In this document: positions 40,430-53,810 of the stretch, piece after piece
How the letters are laid out: every line of letters starts with the position of its first letter
How positions within the stretch are numbered: position 1 is the stretch's first letter
Origin: Eledone cirrhosa
Taxonomy: Eukaryota
Direction: 5' to 3'
NCBI GenBank assembly: GCA_964016885.1
Contig: OZ024754.1
Location: 22,072,001 to 22,136,000 of the forward strand
Length of the DNA: 64,000 nt
Notes under the pieces: generated by a model
What the model saw: the letters and a program-made list of their open reading frames with translations, nothing else
What the model was told of the DNA's origin: nothing
Database searches by the model: none
Translations under genes and position numbers: made by a program

Positions 40430-42139
40430 TACATTATGGTATGTGAAAGGGTAAGGCAAAAAAAATATATATGGAGGGGGGAGGAGGGGGGGGGGGAAAT
40501 GACATAGGAAAAGGTGAAAAATAATGGGAGATAAGGGAGAAAAAGAATACAAGAGTACAGAACGGGGATTCAGCAGGTGAAAAAACCGTAGTAGAAGTAA
40601 GGAGCAGAGAAGGATTTCAAGGCGGTTGAGTTATTATAGAAATGTCAATCCAGTTACAGATCAGATGTGGTTTCAGATGAGGACAACATCTGAAGATCTC
40701 GGTCTTTGAGTTTAGGCAAGCAGAAGTGGCTCTCAAGTTTAGCAAAATCCTATATTTTTCTGTGGTACACAAAGAACAATTCTTTGTGCCCCTTTGGTAC
40801 TCCCTCGAATGGTCTAAGATAGACCAATCGATAGAGTACGGGATGTTACTATCCTTGAATTCCCACACCTTACTTGCGAGGGCCGTTGTTGTTCGTTTAT
40901 CGGAGTGCTTAGAAGAAGCGACATGTGCATAAAACCTGGTTTTAAACCTGTCCTGGGTCATGCCGACATATCGCTCACTCCTGGCTGGCTGGTTGTTGAT
41001 TAACGGTGTTATTTTAGCCTCATAAACAACAGATTTGGTGTTACATTTACCCTGCAATGGGCATTCATCCGGCTTCCTGCAACTGCATCCTGGATTTGTT
41101 CTCGTATGATTTGAACTAGTGATCTTGGACTTCATAGATGGACAACAAGAGTAACTGATCTTAACTACGTTCCTATTCAATATCTTATAATATCTATGAT
41201 TAGGAGGAAAATGTTTGTCTAAGAGTTCAAAGAATTTCCTTCCTACATTAGTTTTGACAGTTAGAGAGAAGGGGGGTGTGAACCAAATAATTTTCCTTTT
41301 CCTGTTATTGTGGTTAGTTTTAGGGGGGGGGGGGGGTAGGTAAATAAACAAAATTTTCTGTAAAACCGCTGTTCTTAAGGGCTTTATTATAATAAGGGGC
41401 GGCTTTATTAAAAATGTCTATAGACGAAGATAAGGTAGAAATCCTACGGCTAATGTTGGGAATAAGATTATTAAAAACTATAGGGGGATTGCAAGACTCT
41501 TTGTGTATATACCTAAGATTTTCATTAGGTTTATGATAAGGTTTAAAAGAGGCGGTAAGTAGATCAAGATTAATATCAAGAAAGTTAGCATTGGTAAGGT
41601 TCGTATCTATAGTGATTTTAAGGTTAAGATTAGCAAACGTATTGATTAAATCTTTACGGAATTTATCAAGGTTATGGCCGTTGGTGGTATGAGAAATTGC
41701 CAATCCGTCATCACGGTATAAACCGATATTATGGGAAGGAAATTTTTCTTTGAGGGTGTGGAGAAGGAATAATCCTACTAAGTCACACACATCCGCACTG
41801 TCATATGAACCCATTGCAACATCAAAAGAGTTTTCAGGGTTTGACTTTTTAACCCAAATATTTTCATTAGTAAAGAGTAAAGTTTTTCTAGCATGAAAGA
41901 TAATGTCTTCTTCTAATTTAGAAATATTAATGAAGGGTCTTGCAAAATCTAAGGCATTAGTTAATAAGGAAACAGTAATAGAGGGGTAAAAATCAACAAT
42001 ATCAAATTGGGTAAATCTACACTTATTTTTACCTTGTATATTATTAAACCAAGAAATAACAGAGGAAGTATTTAGCCACTGTGATAGGTCAGTGTTAGTT
42101 CTAATTTGGAGATTTATTTTTCTTAAGATTTTGTTACTG
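40430..42139 (-). mobile_element. 5'-truncated Penelope-like element: RT plus C-terminal GIY-YIG endonuclease
   Basis: FDIVDFYPSI, MGSYDSA, YRDDG, NFLDI; CSCR..CPLQGKC, VVYEA...YVGMT...FKTRFYAH; frameshift at poly-G 41322-41336. Confidence 0.92.
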
Positions 42140-42242
42140 AATGGAATAATTGCCTTATGTTGTTTATTACATTACTATATATATGTATATGTATATTTTG
42201 GAGTTATATAAGGTTCATATGAATTATCTAAGATTGAGTTTT

Positions 42243-42314
<72 letters not shown>

Positions 42315-42435
42315 CTGTGTGTGTGTGTTTATATTTGGTTGTGCGTGTTTGTGATATGTACGTATTTGTATGTGTATAATTGTATAGCTATGTATGTATG
42401 TGTATATATATGTGTGTATATGTGTATGTGTATTT

Positions 42436-42480
<45 letters not shown>
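42140..42480 (+). repeat. Inverted copy of the Penelope 3' flank (39960-40295)
   Basis: Reverse complement match including microsatellite interruptions; abuts the 5' truncation point. Confidence 0.9.
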
Positions 42481-42484
<4 letters not shown>

Positions 42485-43080
42485 CTGCCAACTCGTTTTC
42501 GAGTACGGCCACCCTTTATATCCATGTAGAACCCTTACCGATGCGCTGAACGAGTGTGACTTTTTAGTCCAGCCAGCGACTTGAAAACTCTGGTACAAAC
42601 ACTACACCTGTGACAATTATTGACACATAGTGCTGGGCCCATGGTACCATGTAACGACAAGTGCAGAGAGATCTCCAGATATAAAGAAATGCCTGTGCCG
42701 TGAAGCTTTTATAGTGAGCAAAGGCATTGCACAAAGCCAGTCCCACTGTCTTAACCAAGATGATATTTACCAAAAAGAAGAACAAGTCAACATCATTGGA
42801 TACCATCAGGGCTGCAGGTGTTATATCAGAGTTTTCCTTCTCCTAGAATTCTGCCTTGACAAAGGCTAAGGGGTCATCTCTCCCGGTGATTTTGGATCGC
42901 CATTGACTCTTAACAGCTCCTTTGCCCTTTGACAGGTTTTGTTTTTAGTCCTGCAGGATGTCCAAAGTCACCCTCCTCAGAAACCTTTGTGGGGTTGCCA
43001 GTTTAGTCGCCAACGACCCGACCATGAGACAGTTTGTACTGGGGTACATGTTACCAGTAGCACCAACTGGTGACCTGACA
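42481..43080 (-). mobile_element. ~600-bp internally deleted RTE derivative
   Basis: Inverted near-identical copy of 51352-51958; residual zinc finger [17 protein letters not shown]. Confidence 0.82.
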
Positions 43081-43097
43081 TAAAAAAAAAATTAAAA

Positions 43098-43368
43098 AAA
43101 ACCGCCGCCGAGCCCGGTCGAAAGAAGCGCTGTTTTCGGAAACCCGCTTCGAAAGCGAATCGCGGAGGTTCGCTTTCTCGGCGGGACGCCGCTCTGCGAC
43201 CTGCGGGCACCGCGCGCCATCCAGCCTGACGGGAACGGGTCGCGACGACGGATCAAAGAGGAAGTGCGTCCAATGCTGGCACCCCGCGAATCGCAACGCC
43301 GGCGGTCGACCCGTCGAAACGAGAGACCGCCGCCGACGTGATCGCCGACGCAGCGGACTGAGTCCCCT
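43098..43368 (-). pseudogene. GC-rich insert, probable 28S rRNA D2-region fragment
   Basis: CpG-rich; minus strand has ggggactca...gcacttcctc...gtcgcgacccgtt, recalling conserved D2 blocks (from memory, not aligned). Confidence 0.5.
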
Positions 43369-43845
43369 CACATATATATATATATGGAGGCACATGGCTT
43401 AGTGTAATATGTATATGTATGTATATATGTATATATGTGTATATGTATATATATATATGTATATATATGTATATATATGTATATATATATGTATATATGT
43501 GTGTATATATATGTATATGTATGTATGTATATGTATATATATGTACGTAGATATATGTATATGTATATATATATGTGTATATGTGTGTATATATGTGTAT
43601 ATATATATATATAGTATTAATTAATTGTATTAATTATAGTATTAATTATACTATTTATGGTTATGTAAATACAAAAAGCTTATGCAGTTATATGTATTTT
43701 TTATACAAACCCTAAATAGTGGTAGGCAGTAATGTATTACTACCTTATTACCAGTAAGTTAAGTAGCTCGATGTAAAAACATCAGATGCTTTACAGAGCA
43801 GTTATATGAAGTATAAGAATCAAAGAACTGTTCAAAACATTATTG

Positions 43846-43892
43846 TGCTTACAGCTGTTTCCTCCAAACCGAGGTTTGGATTCTTCGGAGCA
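43846..43892 (-). ncRNA. Hammerhead variant (CCGAAGA core)
   Basis: Minus: tgct CCGAAGA a tccaaacc tc ggtttgga g GAAA cag ctg T A agca. Confidence 0.65.
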
Positions 43893-45010
43893 ATTTATTA
43901 ATGAATGGACAGTTATATGACCTCCTTTTCAGCCAAGAGACATACCGATACATATGCAAATATTGTGGGTCAACATTCATTACAGAATTTAGAGTGGCAG
44001 TACACACTTCGAGATTACATTCATATTAAAAGGTACAATCAAAAATCAAAAATACAGGTTAAAATACAACATGAAGATAAGCGGTTATATATGTATATAT
44101 ATATGTATGTGTATATATGTATATATATATATGTGTGTATATATGTATGTATATATATATTTATATATATATATGTATATATATATGTGTGTGTATATGT
44201 ATGTGTATATATATATTTTTTTTGCCGTGGCACCTCCACGGCCACTTTGCAGTGGAATGATATGGATCTCAGTCCCTATCATCTCATTTCTACAGCTGAG
44301 TAAACTGGAGCAATGTGAAATAAAGTGTCTTGCTCAAGCAAACAACACATCACCCGGTCTGAGAATTGAACTCACATATGATCATTATTTTTCACACATT
44401 ATTGATACGTGTCTCATTCATGAATACTGATATTTACATTATAAAGCCTGATTCATACGAATTGATATTTTTACATTGATGAAACATAATGTTTTAAATC
44501 TGCCTCGTTTATGTCTGGATATTTTTCTTTTCTCTCTATGTAACGGCTGTTTTCTCTCCTAACCACATATATCTCTCTCTACATTAATACTAGAACTAAA
44601 TAAATAAATAAATAAATAAATATATCATTGATACGTCATTCAACTGGTGCCCAACTACCTATTTTCTTTCTCTCAATCTCTATCTATATCTATCTCTCTC
44701 TATATTTTTTCTCTCTCTCTCTCTTCTCTCTCTCTCTATCTATCTCCCTCTGTGTTTTTTCCTCTCTCTATATATCTCTCTCTGTTTCTTTACATGAATT
44801 TCTTCTCTCTATCTATCTCTCTATATCTATCTCTCTCTATTTAGTTGCATGCATTTCTTATTTTTCTTCGTTTTTTTCTTTTTTTTTCTTTCTTTCTTTC
44901 TTTTTATAACTGTCCCTAATATTTTTCACTACCAAATCAACTTTTTAAATGGAAGTTGAAGTTGAAAGGTATGTCAAATCTATCTATTTATAAGACTGTT
45001 TATATTGTAT

Positions 45011-45070
45011 TTTGTCTGAAGAAGGCATAACATATTTTTAATATGATATCCCTGAAATATATATAATGAA
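45011..45070 (+). ncRNA. Hammerhead motif, family B
   Basis: tttgt CTGAAGA agg...cct GAAA tat ata T A atgaa, then AATAAA. Confidence 0.7.
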
Positions 45071-45113
45071 ATAAATATGGTTTTATAAATATAGTTTCCA
45101 TTCATTTAATATC

Positions 45114-45129
<16 letters not shown>

Positions 45130-45171
<42 letters not shown>

Positions 45172-45603
45172 GTATATGTTTATGTGTGTGTATACATGTA
45201 TATGTGTGTGTGTGTGTTTGTGTATGTATTTGTCTATGCGTATGTATGTGTTTATGTATTTGTATATGTATATTTATGTGTGAGAGTGTGTGTATGTATT
45301 TATTTTTACGTATGTATGTGTACGTGCATTTGTGTGTATTGCTTACCACGCGTGTTTGTTCATTTATTCGTTGCTTGTATCGCTGTCAACTGTATAATAG
45401 TTTTTATTATTTTAATTTTTATATATAATTTTTTTAATATTTATTTGCGTGTGTGAATATGTAGAGGTGTGTGTATATTTTTTTAATTTTGTACATGCAT
45501 ATGTATGCATTTATGTATGTGTATGTATGTACGTGTGTATATAGGTATGATTGTGTGTATGTATGTATATGTATGTGTGTATGGCTATGTATGTGTATGT
45601 GTA

Positions 45604-45691
<88 letters not shown>

Positions 45692-45839
45692 TATGTTTCT
45701 ATATATATGTGTGTATATATGTGTGTGTGGTTGTATATATGTATGCGTATGTATGGATGGGTTGATATTTATGTGTGTATGTATGTGTATATGTATGTGT
45801 ATGTATGTGTGTATATATATACACATATATATATGTATA

Positions 45840-45890
<51 letters not shown>

Positions 45891-46135
45891 GTGTGTGTGT
45901 ATGTATGCATTTGTGTGTGTGTGTGTGTTTGCATGTGTGTTTTTATTTTATTTTTCCTTTCCTTCTTCCTTCTCCAGCCTCACTTTCATATAGATTGCAT
46001 TTTTGTTTTTTAAAATCCAAATTCAATAAACAGACCAGGATTTTTTCATTCTGATGATTGAAAGCAACATTTTTTGCTTTTAAGAAACCACTGGTAAATG
46101 GAATAATTGCCTTATGTTGTTTATTACATAACTAT
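45130..46135 (+). mobile_element. Copy of the microsatellite-rich hammerhead unit (inverted vs 39065-39960)
   Basis: Unique spacers between the microsatellites match 39065-39960. Confidence 0.85.
46045..46102 (+). ncRNA. Canonical hammerhead, family A
   Basis: ttcatt CTGATGA ttgaaagcaa...ttgcttttaa GAAA cca c tgg T A aatgga. Confidence 0.88.
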
Positions 46136-46143
46136 ATATATAT

Positions 46144-47102
46144 ATGGATTCACCGAATATTTATTATAATGCTCGGTGTGTTTGTAAACAAACATCCCGT
46201 ATTAAGCCGTAGTGTCTAGCAACCACCGTTGCTCGTTTGTTCAACACTGACAAAGGAACGCTGTACTAGTTTCAAGCTTGTTAGCTATCGTCAGCAACGT
46301 ATACCTTCCTGCCAGATTGTTGAACGTATATACTTACCTTATGCATATTAACGGCTGAGTAGCCCAATTTGCATATCGAGTGGGTTAATCGGCCGGGTGC
46401 ACCGAAAACGATAAACGGAAAAAATGAAACGATATTTCATTTCCCACTCTTAGTACGGCTGTTACTTAAATATAAGTATGTACACGTACACACATATATG
46501 CATACCGACGTACAGTAGTATGTATACATATATATACATACATGCACACATATATATATGCACGTATGGATTCACCGAATATTTATTATAATGCTCGGTG
46601 AGTTTGTAAACAAACATCCCGTATTAAGCCGTAGTGTCTAGCAACCACCGTTGCTCGTTTGTTCAACACTGACAAAGGAACGCTGTACTAGTTTCAAGCT
46701 TGTTAGCTATCGTCACCGAATATTTATTATAATGCTCGGTGTGTTTGTAAGTATATACGTAAGTATATACGTTCAACAATCTCGCAGGAAGGTATACGTT
46801 GCTGACGATAGCTAACAAGCTTGAAACTAGTACAGCGTTCCTTTGTCAGTGTTGAACAAACGAGCAACGGTGGTTGCTAGACACTACGGCTTAATACGGG
46901 ATGTTTGTTTACAAACACACCGAGCATTATAATAAATATTCGGTGAATCCATACGTGCATATATATATGTGTGCATGTATGTATATATATGTATACATAC
47001 TACTGTACGTCGGTATGCATATATGTGTGTACGTGTACATACTTATATTTAAGTAACAGCCGTACTAAGAGTGGGAAATGAAATATCGTTTCATTTTTTC
47101 CG

Positions 47103-47103
<1 letters not shown>
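46144..47103. mobile_element. Non-coding hammerhead element: 422-bp partial tandem plus inverted copy
   Basis: Unit restarts at 46146, 46568, 46714; inverted block 46761-47103; hammerheads at 46259-46299 (-) and 46797-46837 (+): cgttg CTGACGA t agct aaca agct t GAAA ctag T A cagcg. Confidence 0.85.
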
Positions 47104-47182
<79 letters not shown>

Positions 47183-47237
47183 GCACGCACACACAAAATT
47201 CTCAAATACTCATACACACGTAGAAAAGCACATACAC

Positions 47238-47269
<32 letters not shown>

Positions 47270-47276
<7 letters not shown>

Positions 47277-48966
47277 AAAATTGAACGGGAAGAAAACAGA
47301 GAGGCAGTACAAACGAAGGTTTATTAATTTCACGCTCTTGAGAGTGGGGTGGTGGTGGGGAACGACGTTTCGGGCATAAGCTCTTCTTCAGGTGAAAAGT
47401 GTGTGGGAAGAGAGTTCAAAGGGTGTGTAGAGGAGTGGTGGTGAGACATATAGCAAAAAGGGGGTGGGAGGAAACGGTGCAAATGAAATTAAAAATAAAG
47501 GCATGATCAAAATAAAATTAAAATGGGGTAAAACAGGTGGTGGAAGGGTGTGGCGCGTGTAGGGGTGGTGGGGGGTGGAGTGGGGAGAGGGAGACGGGGT
47601 GTCCGAGCGGAGAGGGCTGAAGGTGGTGTGTGTGTGTAGGTGTACGTGTGTGTGTGTGTGTGTGTGTGTATGTGAAAGCAAGTATTGGGGGAAGAATGGG
47701 GTTGCATGTTCTGGAAGAGGTGTGTGTGTGTGGGGTGTAGGTCGGAGTGTGTGTGCGTGTGTGGATAGAAAGGTGGGGGGAGAGGATTCCGGAGGCTGAA
47801 TGTGTAAATATGGGGTGGTACGCACGTGTGTGCGTGGTGTTTATGCGTGTTGTGGATGTAGGTGGCGTGTGGGAAAAATTGTTTTTGGGGGTGTGTCTGG
47901 GGTGAGTCATAAAGGTAATTCCGTAAAAAGATGTGGTGGAATGCTGAGTAAAATCCTTGGATGCGGTGGATTCTCGGGATCAAGGTTCACATATGTGTAA
48001 TCCGTGAAGAGATTGGTCGGAAGAGGGGAGATGTGGGGTGCGCGTGCAACAGGAAGTGGTCAGAGGGTCAAGGCAGGAGGAGTGTTGTGTGTCTGTGTGT
48101 GTGGGGAGGTGGTCAGAGGGCATAGTAGCAGTAGGGTAGAATGGTAAGTGAAGGTGTGTCAGTGTGTGCGGTGGACAGGGGAGAGGATGGGTAGATGTGA
48201 AAGTTGGAGTGAGGAGGGGGGTATTAGTAGGGGTGTTAGTGGGATGAGTGAGTGTTTGAGAAAGGGTGTGGGTGGAGCGGGGAGAGAAGGGTGTGGAACC
48301 GATGGAGAGAGTGTAGTGTACTGGTGTGTGTGTGTGGTGAAGGGGGTGTTAGTGGGTGTTAGTATACAGGAGGTGGAGAAAGGGTTGAATGCTAAAGGAA
48401 TAAGGGTGGGGAGTTCAGGCCGGGGGTAGTGTGGGTCTGTAAGATGAAGATGGTTCGTTGTTCGACTCTTAGGAGATTGGCGGGTGTTCCGTGGCATTGG
48501 AGTAGTCCACAGACTGTGAGATGGTGTGCGGAATGTCCAGGGGCACCAAAGTGGCGGGCGATGGGGGAACTACCACCGAGACGAATATCCCGGAGGTGCT
48601 CAGTAAATCTGTCCGCCAAGCGACGTCCAGTCTGTCCGACGTAAGTCGCGCTGCACTCCGTGCAGCGAAGTCCGTAGACTAGGTTGGAGGAGGTGCAGCG
48701 GAAGGCATGCCGGACACAGAGAGAGTGGCCGTTGGGACCCTGGAAGGTGGTGGTGTTGGTGATGTGGGGACAGGTGTTGCAGCGGGGCCTAGAACAGGGA
48801 AAGGAACCGGGGGGAAAGAGATCGTGGGTTGGGGGGTAGGGAGCTGTGGACGAGGAGGGTGCGGAGATTGCGTGCGCGTTTGAAGGAGGGGAGTGGTGGG
48901 GCTGGGAAGATGTGGGAGGTGGAGGGGTCGGAGTGAAGGCGTCGGAAGAGGCGGAGGATGGTGCGA
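47270..48966 (-). mobile_element. Penelope-like (Neptune-type) 3' fragment: GIY-YIG, long CA-rich UTR, hammerhead
   Basis: CSRPRCNTC...NLVYGLRC..C...YVGQTGRRLADRFTEH...PGLN; AATAAA on minus near 47320. Confidence 0.9.
47361..47394 (-). ncRNA. Penelope-type minimal hammerhead
   Basis: Minus: ac CTGAAGA a gagc ttat gccc GAAA cg T C gt. Confidence 0.75.
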
Positions 48967-48968
48967 TA

Positions 48969-49552
48969 TATATATAAATATATATACACAAAAATATAAA
49001 ATAAACATACGTACATATCCACATACACATGCGAGCAAAAAAATATATACACATACACACGCATACACACGTATATATAAACATGCATAAAACCAAATAT
49101 ACAAACACGTCCACATACATACACATAAGACCCTACAATAAAGAGCAATGGTTCATAATCTACGTACATACGTATACAAATGCGTGCGCGCACTCGCACG
49201 TAACAAGAAATCTATATAGAAATCTATATAATTGTGTGTATGCGGTTGTATATATGCTTTTGTATATATGGGTTTTTTTGTGTGTACGTATGGTTTTTTG
49301 TATGCGTATGTTGATTTCTTATTACGCGCGTGTGCGCGCACGCATTTGTATACGTATGTACGTAGGTTATGAGCCAATGCTCTTTATTGTAGGGTCTTAT
49401 GTGTATGTATGTGGACGTGTTTGTATATTTGGTTTTATGCATGTTTATATATACGTGTGTATGCGTGTGTATGTGTATATGTATTTTTGCACGTATGTGT
49501 ATGTGGATGTGTACGTATGTTTATTTTATATTTTTGTATATATATATTTATA
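48969..49552. repeat. Inverted repeat (~240-bp arms) at the 5' break of the Penelope fragment
   Basis: 48969-49211 vs 49313-49552. Confidence 0.88.
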
Positions 49553-51160
49553 TAGTAGAATAATCGAGTATCGAAAAATCGGCGCACGAGTTCACGATAA
49601 ACAAAATTCGAGATGAGCGGCAGAGGGCTCTATAATTCAGATAAATTAGAGCTATAACTATCGTTAAATACCGTCACACGTAGAATATGTCTACAATCAA
49701 CCAAATAACCGATAAGTTCGATATGGAAGATTCGGGACACTCAGATAAAATATCAATAAATCAATAAATGAAATGAATGTAAACTGCATACCCGGACCCA
49801 CTAGAGAGATGGAATATCTAGCTTCTTGGGTTTCTGTAAATCCTTAAACCGTCATCTATCAGCTCATATAAAAATATAAGACTTACAGATGGCGGGGGAC
49901 TGGAGTTACTTTATCAACGAGCTTCGTCCGAATGGATAGAAAGACAAGACCCATGCTAAAAATACGCACATGGATTTCAGCAAGGGAGATAACCTTTATA
50001 TCCGCAAAAAAATATTCGGAAAAGTGTGGCAAAAAACACATATCGAATAAGAGTGCTCAATAGACATGTTAAAATAAACAGGGGCTATTCATCATTTAAT
50101 AGAATCGACAAAAAATGAACAATAAAATTAACTGGTCAATAGCTAAGTCTAGAGCTAAATATAGTAGAATAATCGAGTATCGAAAAATCGGCGCACGAGT
50201 TCACGATAAACAAAATTCGAGATGAGCGGCAGAGGGCTCTATAATTCAGATAAATTAGAGCTATAACTATCGTTAAATACCGTCACACGTAGAATATGTC
50301 TACAATCAACCAAATAACCGATAAGTTCGATATGGAAGATTCGGGACACTCAGATAAAATATCAATAAATCAATAAATGAAATGAATGTAAAATGCATAC
50401 CCGGACCCACTAGAGAGATGGAATATCTAGCTTCTTGGGTTTCTGTAAATCCTTAAACCGTCATCTATCAGCTCATATAAAAATATAAGACTTACAGATG
50501 GCGGGGGACTGGAGTTACTTTATCAACGAGCTTCGTCCGAATGGATAGAAAGACAAGACCCATGCTAAAAATACGCACATGGATTTCAGCAAGGGAGATA
50601 ACCTTTATATCCGCAAAAAAATATTCGGAAAAGTGTGGCAAAAAACACATATCGAATAAGAGTGCTCAATAGACATGTTAAAATAAACAGGGGCTATTCA
50701 TCATTTAATAGAATCGACAAAAAATGAACAATAAAATTAACTGGTCAATAGCTAAGTCTAGAGCTAAATATAGTAGAATAATCGAGTATCGAAAAATCGG
50801 CGCACGAGTTCACGATAAACAAAATTCGAGATGAGCGGCAGAGGGCTCTATAATTCAGATAAATTAGAGCTATAACTATCGTTAAATACCGTCACACGTA
50901 GAATATGTCTACAATCAACCAAATAACCGATAAGTTCGATATGGAAGATTCGGGACACTCAGATAAAATATCAATAAATCAATAAATGAAATGAATGTAA
51001 AATGCATACCCGGACCCACTAGAGAGATGGAATATGTAGCTTCTTGGGTTTCTGTAAATCCTTAAACCGTCATCTATCAGCTCATATAAAAATATAAGAC
51101 TTACAGATGGCGGGGGACTGGAGTTACTTTATCAACGAGCTTCGTCCGAATGGATAGAAA

Positions 51161-51163
<3 letters not shown>
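49551..51163. repeat. 609-bp tandem repeat, ~2.65 near-identical copies
   Basis: Units start at 49551, 50160, 50769; ends in (TA)n. Confidence 0.95.
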
Positions 51164-51254
<91 letters not shown>

Positions 51255-51351
51255 TACATATGTGTATGTGTTTTTATATGTGTGTATTAGTATTTGTGCA
51301 TGTTTATGTGTGTGTGCGTGTGTATGTATGTATGTGTGTATATATATATAT

Positions 51352-51958
51352 GTCAGGTCACCAGTTGGTGCTACTGGTAACATGTATCCCAGTACAACCT
51401 GTCCCATGGTCGGGTCGTTGGCGACTAAACTGGCAACCCCACCAAGGTTTCTTGGTGAGGAGGGTGACTTTGGACATCCTGCAGGACTAAAAACAAAACC
51501 TGTCAAAGGGCAAAGGAGCTCTTAAGAGTCAATGACCATCCAAAATCACCGGGAGAGATGACCCCTTAGCCTTTGTCAAGGCAGAATTCTAGGAGAAGGA
51601 AAACTCTGATATAACACCTGCAACCCTGATGGTATCCAATGATGTTGACTTGTTCTTCTTTTTGGTAAATATCATCTTGGTTAAGAGAGTGGGACTGGCT
51701 TTGTGCAGTGCCTTTGCTCACTATAAAAGCTTCACGGCACAGGCATTGCTTTATATCTGGAGATCTCTCTGCACTTGTCGTCACATGGTACCATGGGCCC
51801 AGCACTATGTGTCAGTAATTGTCACAAGTGTAGTGTTTGTACCAGAGTTTTCAAGTCGCTGGCTGGACTAAAAAGTCACTCGTTCAGCGCATCGGTAGGG
51901 GTTCTCCTACATGGATATAAAGTAGTGGCCGTACTCGAAAACGAGTTGGCAGCCACCA
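51352..51958 (+). mobile_element. ~600-bp internally deleted RTE derivative
   Basis: Matches 42481-43080 and 27858-28266. Confidence 0.82.
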
Positions 51959-52477
51959 TATATATATATATATTTTTTTAATATATTTATATATAAATAT
52001 TTATGTATGTGCACATCTCGTGTATTTGTTTATTTTTATGTTGTTTTTATTCCCCCCCCCCCCATACTTATCGTTGTCAACACGTATCCTTTTGTCTTTT
52101 TGTTTTTGACTTTGTAATTTTTGTTCTTATTCATTTATTTATTTATTCTTATTACTTCATGTATCTGTATGTCCCTGTCTGTAGACACATATATGCTTAT
52201 GTGAAAAAGTATACGTCTACGTACTTTTTAAGTATAGGCGCGTGGTTGAGCGTGTGTATGTTTATGTTCTGGATATTTATCGTTTATATATATATATTCT
52301 CTTTTACCTGTTTCAGCCATCCGGCTGAAGCCATGCTGGGGTACCGATATATATATATATATATATTTATTCTTTTTCCCCTCTTCTTCTCCGCCCGATT
52401 TTTCCTCAGCCTCACTTTCATATTTCTTAAATTTTGTTTTCAAATCCATATTTAATAAAAAGACCATGTTTTTTTAA

Positions 52478-52535
52478 TTCATTCTGACGACTGAAAACAG
52501 ATACATCTGCTTTCAAGAAACCACTGGTAAATGAA
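52478..52535 (+). ncRNA. Hammerhead motif, family A
   Basis: Same sequence as 37154-37211 on the opposite strand. Confidence 0.8.
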
Positions 52536-52712
52536 ATAATTATCTTATGTTGTTTATTACATAACTAATAAGCTCTGTACCCTACATAGAGCACTCTTTT
52601 TTCCTGTACCTTTCCGACGGAATTCATTTATATATATATATATATATATATATCCGTTCGGATCTAGCTGTCGAAACGGCCGGAGTTCAGCCGTCGGGGT
52701 CCTGACTCTTTT

Positions 52713-52791
<79 letters not shown>

Positions 52792-53345
52792 CGAAGGAAG
52801 TGTGGAAAGGAACCAGATCGACCATAACGTACCAGAGTACTCAATACTTAGGGTAGTAGAGTGGGAAATAGGGGTCATACTTTTTCCTATATATATATAT
52901 ATGTAGGAGGTGAGTTATATTGTAGAGCAATAAAACTATGCATATATCAGATAAGTAGCACTCAACAGTTGATAGAACTGGAGTATATATAAGAAGAAAT
53001 TAAAAGATGGTTAAAAATATATATAAAATATATGGAACTTTTAAAACCATCTTTTAATTTCTTCTTATATATATATATAGAGATATATATTTACAAATAT
53101 GAGCCGACAAAAGGACTACCCATACGTCTGTATACACAATGAATCCTGTCAGCTAGACGTCTTATTTCGGGAATTATTGCTAAGGGCTCCCCGAACACAC
53201 ATACATACTCCTATATATAAACATCTCATTATGGTTCTTTGCCCCCCAACCCCCACCCTCCCCCCGTAATAGAGAAATCTTCTAAAGTCCCATGTGATTT
53301 TATATTACTACCACTGACAATTAGCCGTAGTAAACTCCCATGTGA

Positions 53346-53405
<60 letters not shown>

Positions 53406-53444
53406 AGTGACCATTGGCCGTAGTATAGTCCCATATGATACTAC

Positions 53445-53810
53445 TGTAGTGACCTAATTCCGCGGGCTCACATACATTCTCTGTGCGTGATTTGGCTCAG
53501 CTCAGCCAATCAGCGCCAGTAGAAGAGAATGTATCTCTATGCGCCCTGAGGGAAAAATTCTCTTTTACCTGTTTCAGCCATCCGGCTGAGGCCATGCTGG
53601 GGTACCGATATATATATATATATATATTTATTCTTTTTCCCCTCTTCTTCTCCGCCCGATTTTTCCTCAGCCTCACTTTCATATTTCTTAAATTTTGTTT
53701 AGAGATACATTCTCTTCTACTGGCGCTGATTGGCTGAGCTGAGCCAAATTACGCACAGAGAATGTATGTGAGCCCGCGGAATGTAGGTCACTACAATACT
53801 CCCCCTCTAG
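53445..53810 (-). mobile_element. PPT plus LTR start, folded into a ~95-bp inverted repeat around a captured segment
   Basis: Minus: agagggggagtat TGTAGTGACC; 53445-53538 vs 53701-53795. Confidence 0.65.

Noticed and set aside
49827-49865. Hammerhead in the 609-bp unit
   Set aside because: Minus CTGATAGATGA...GAAAC lacks the canonical core and stems
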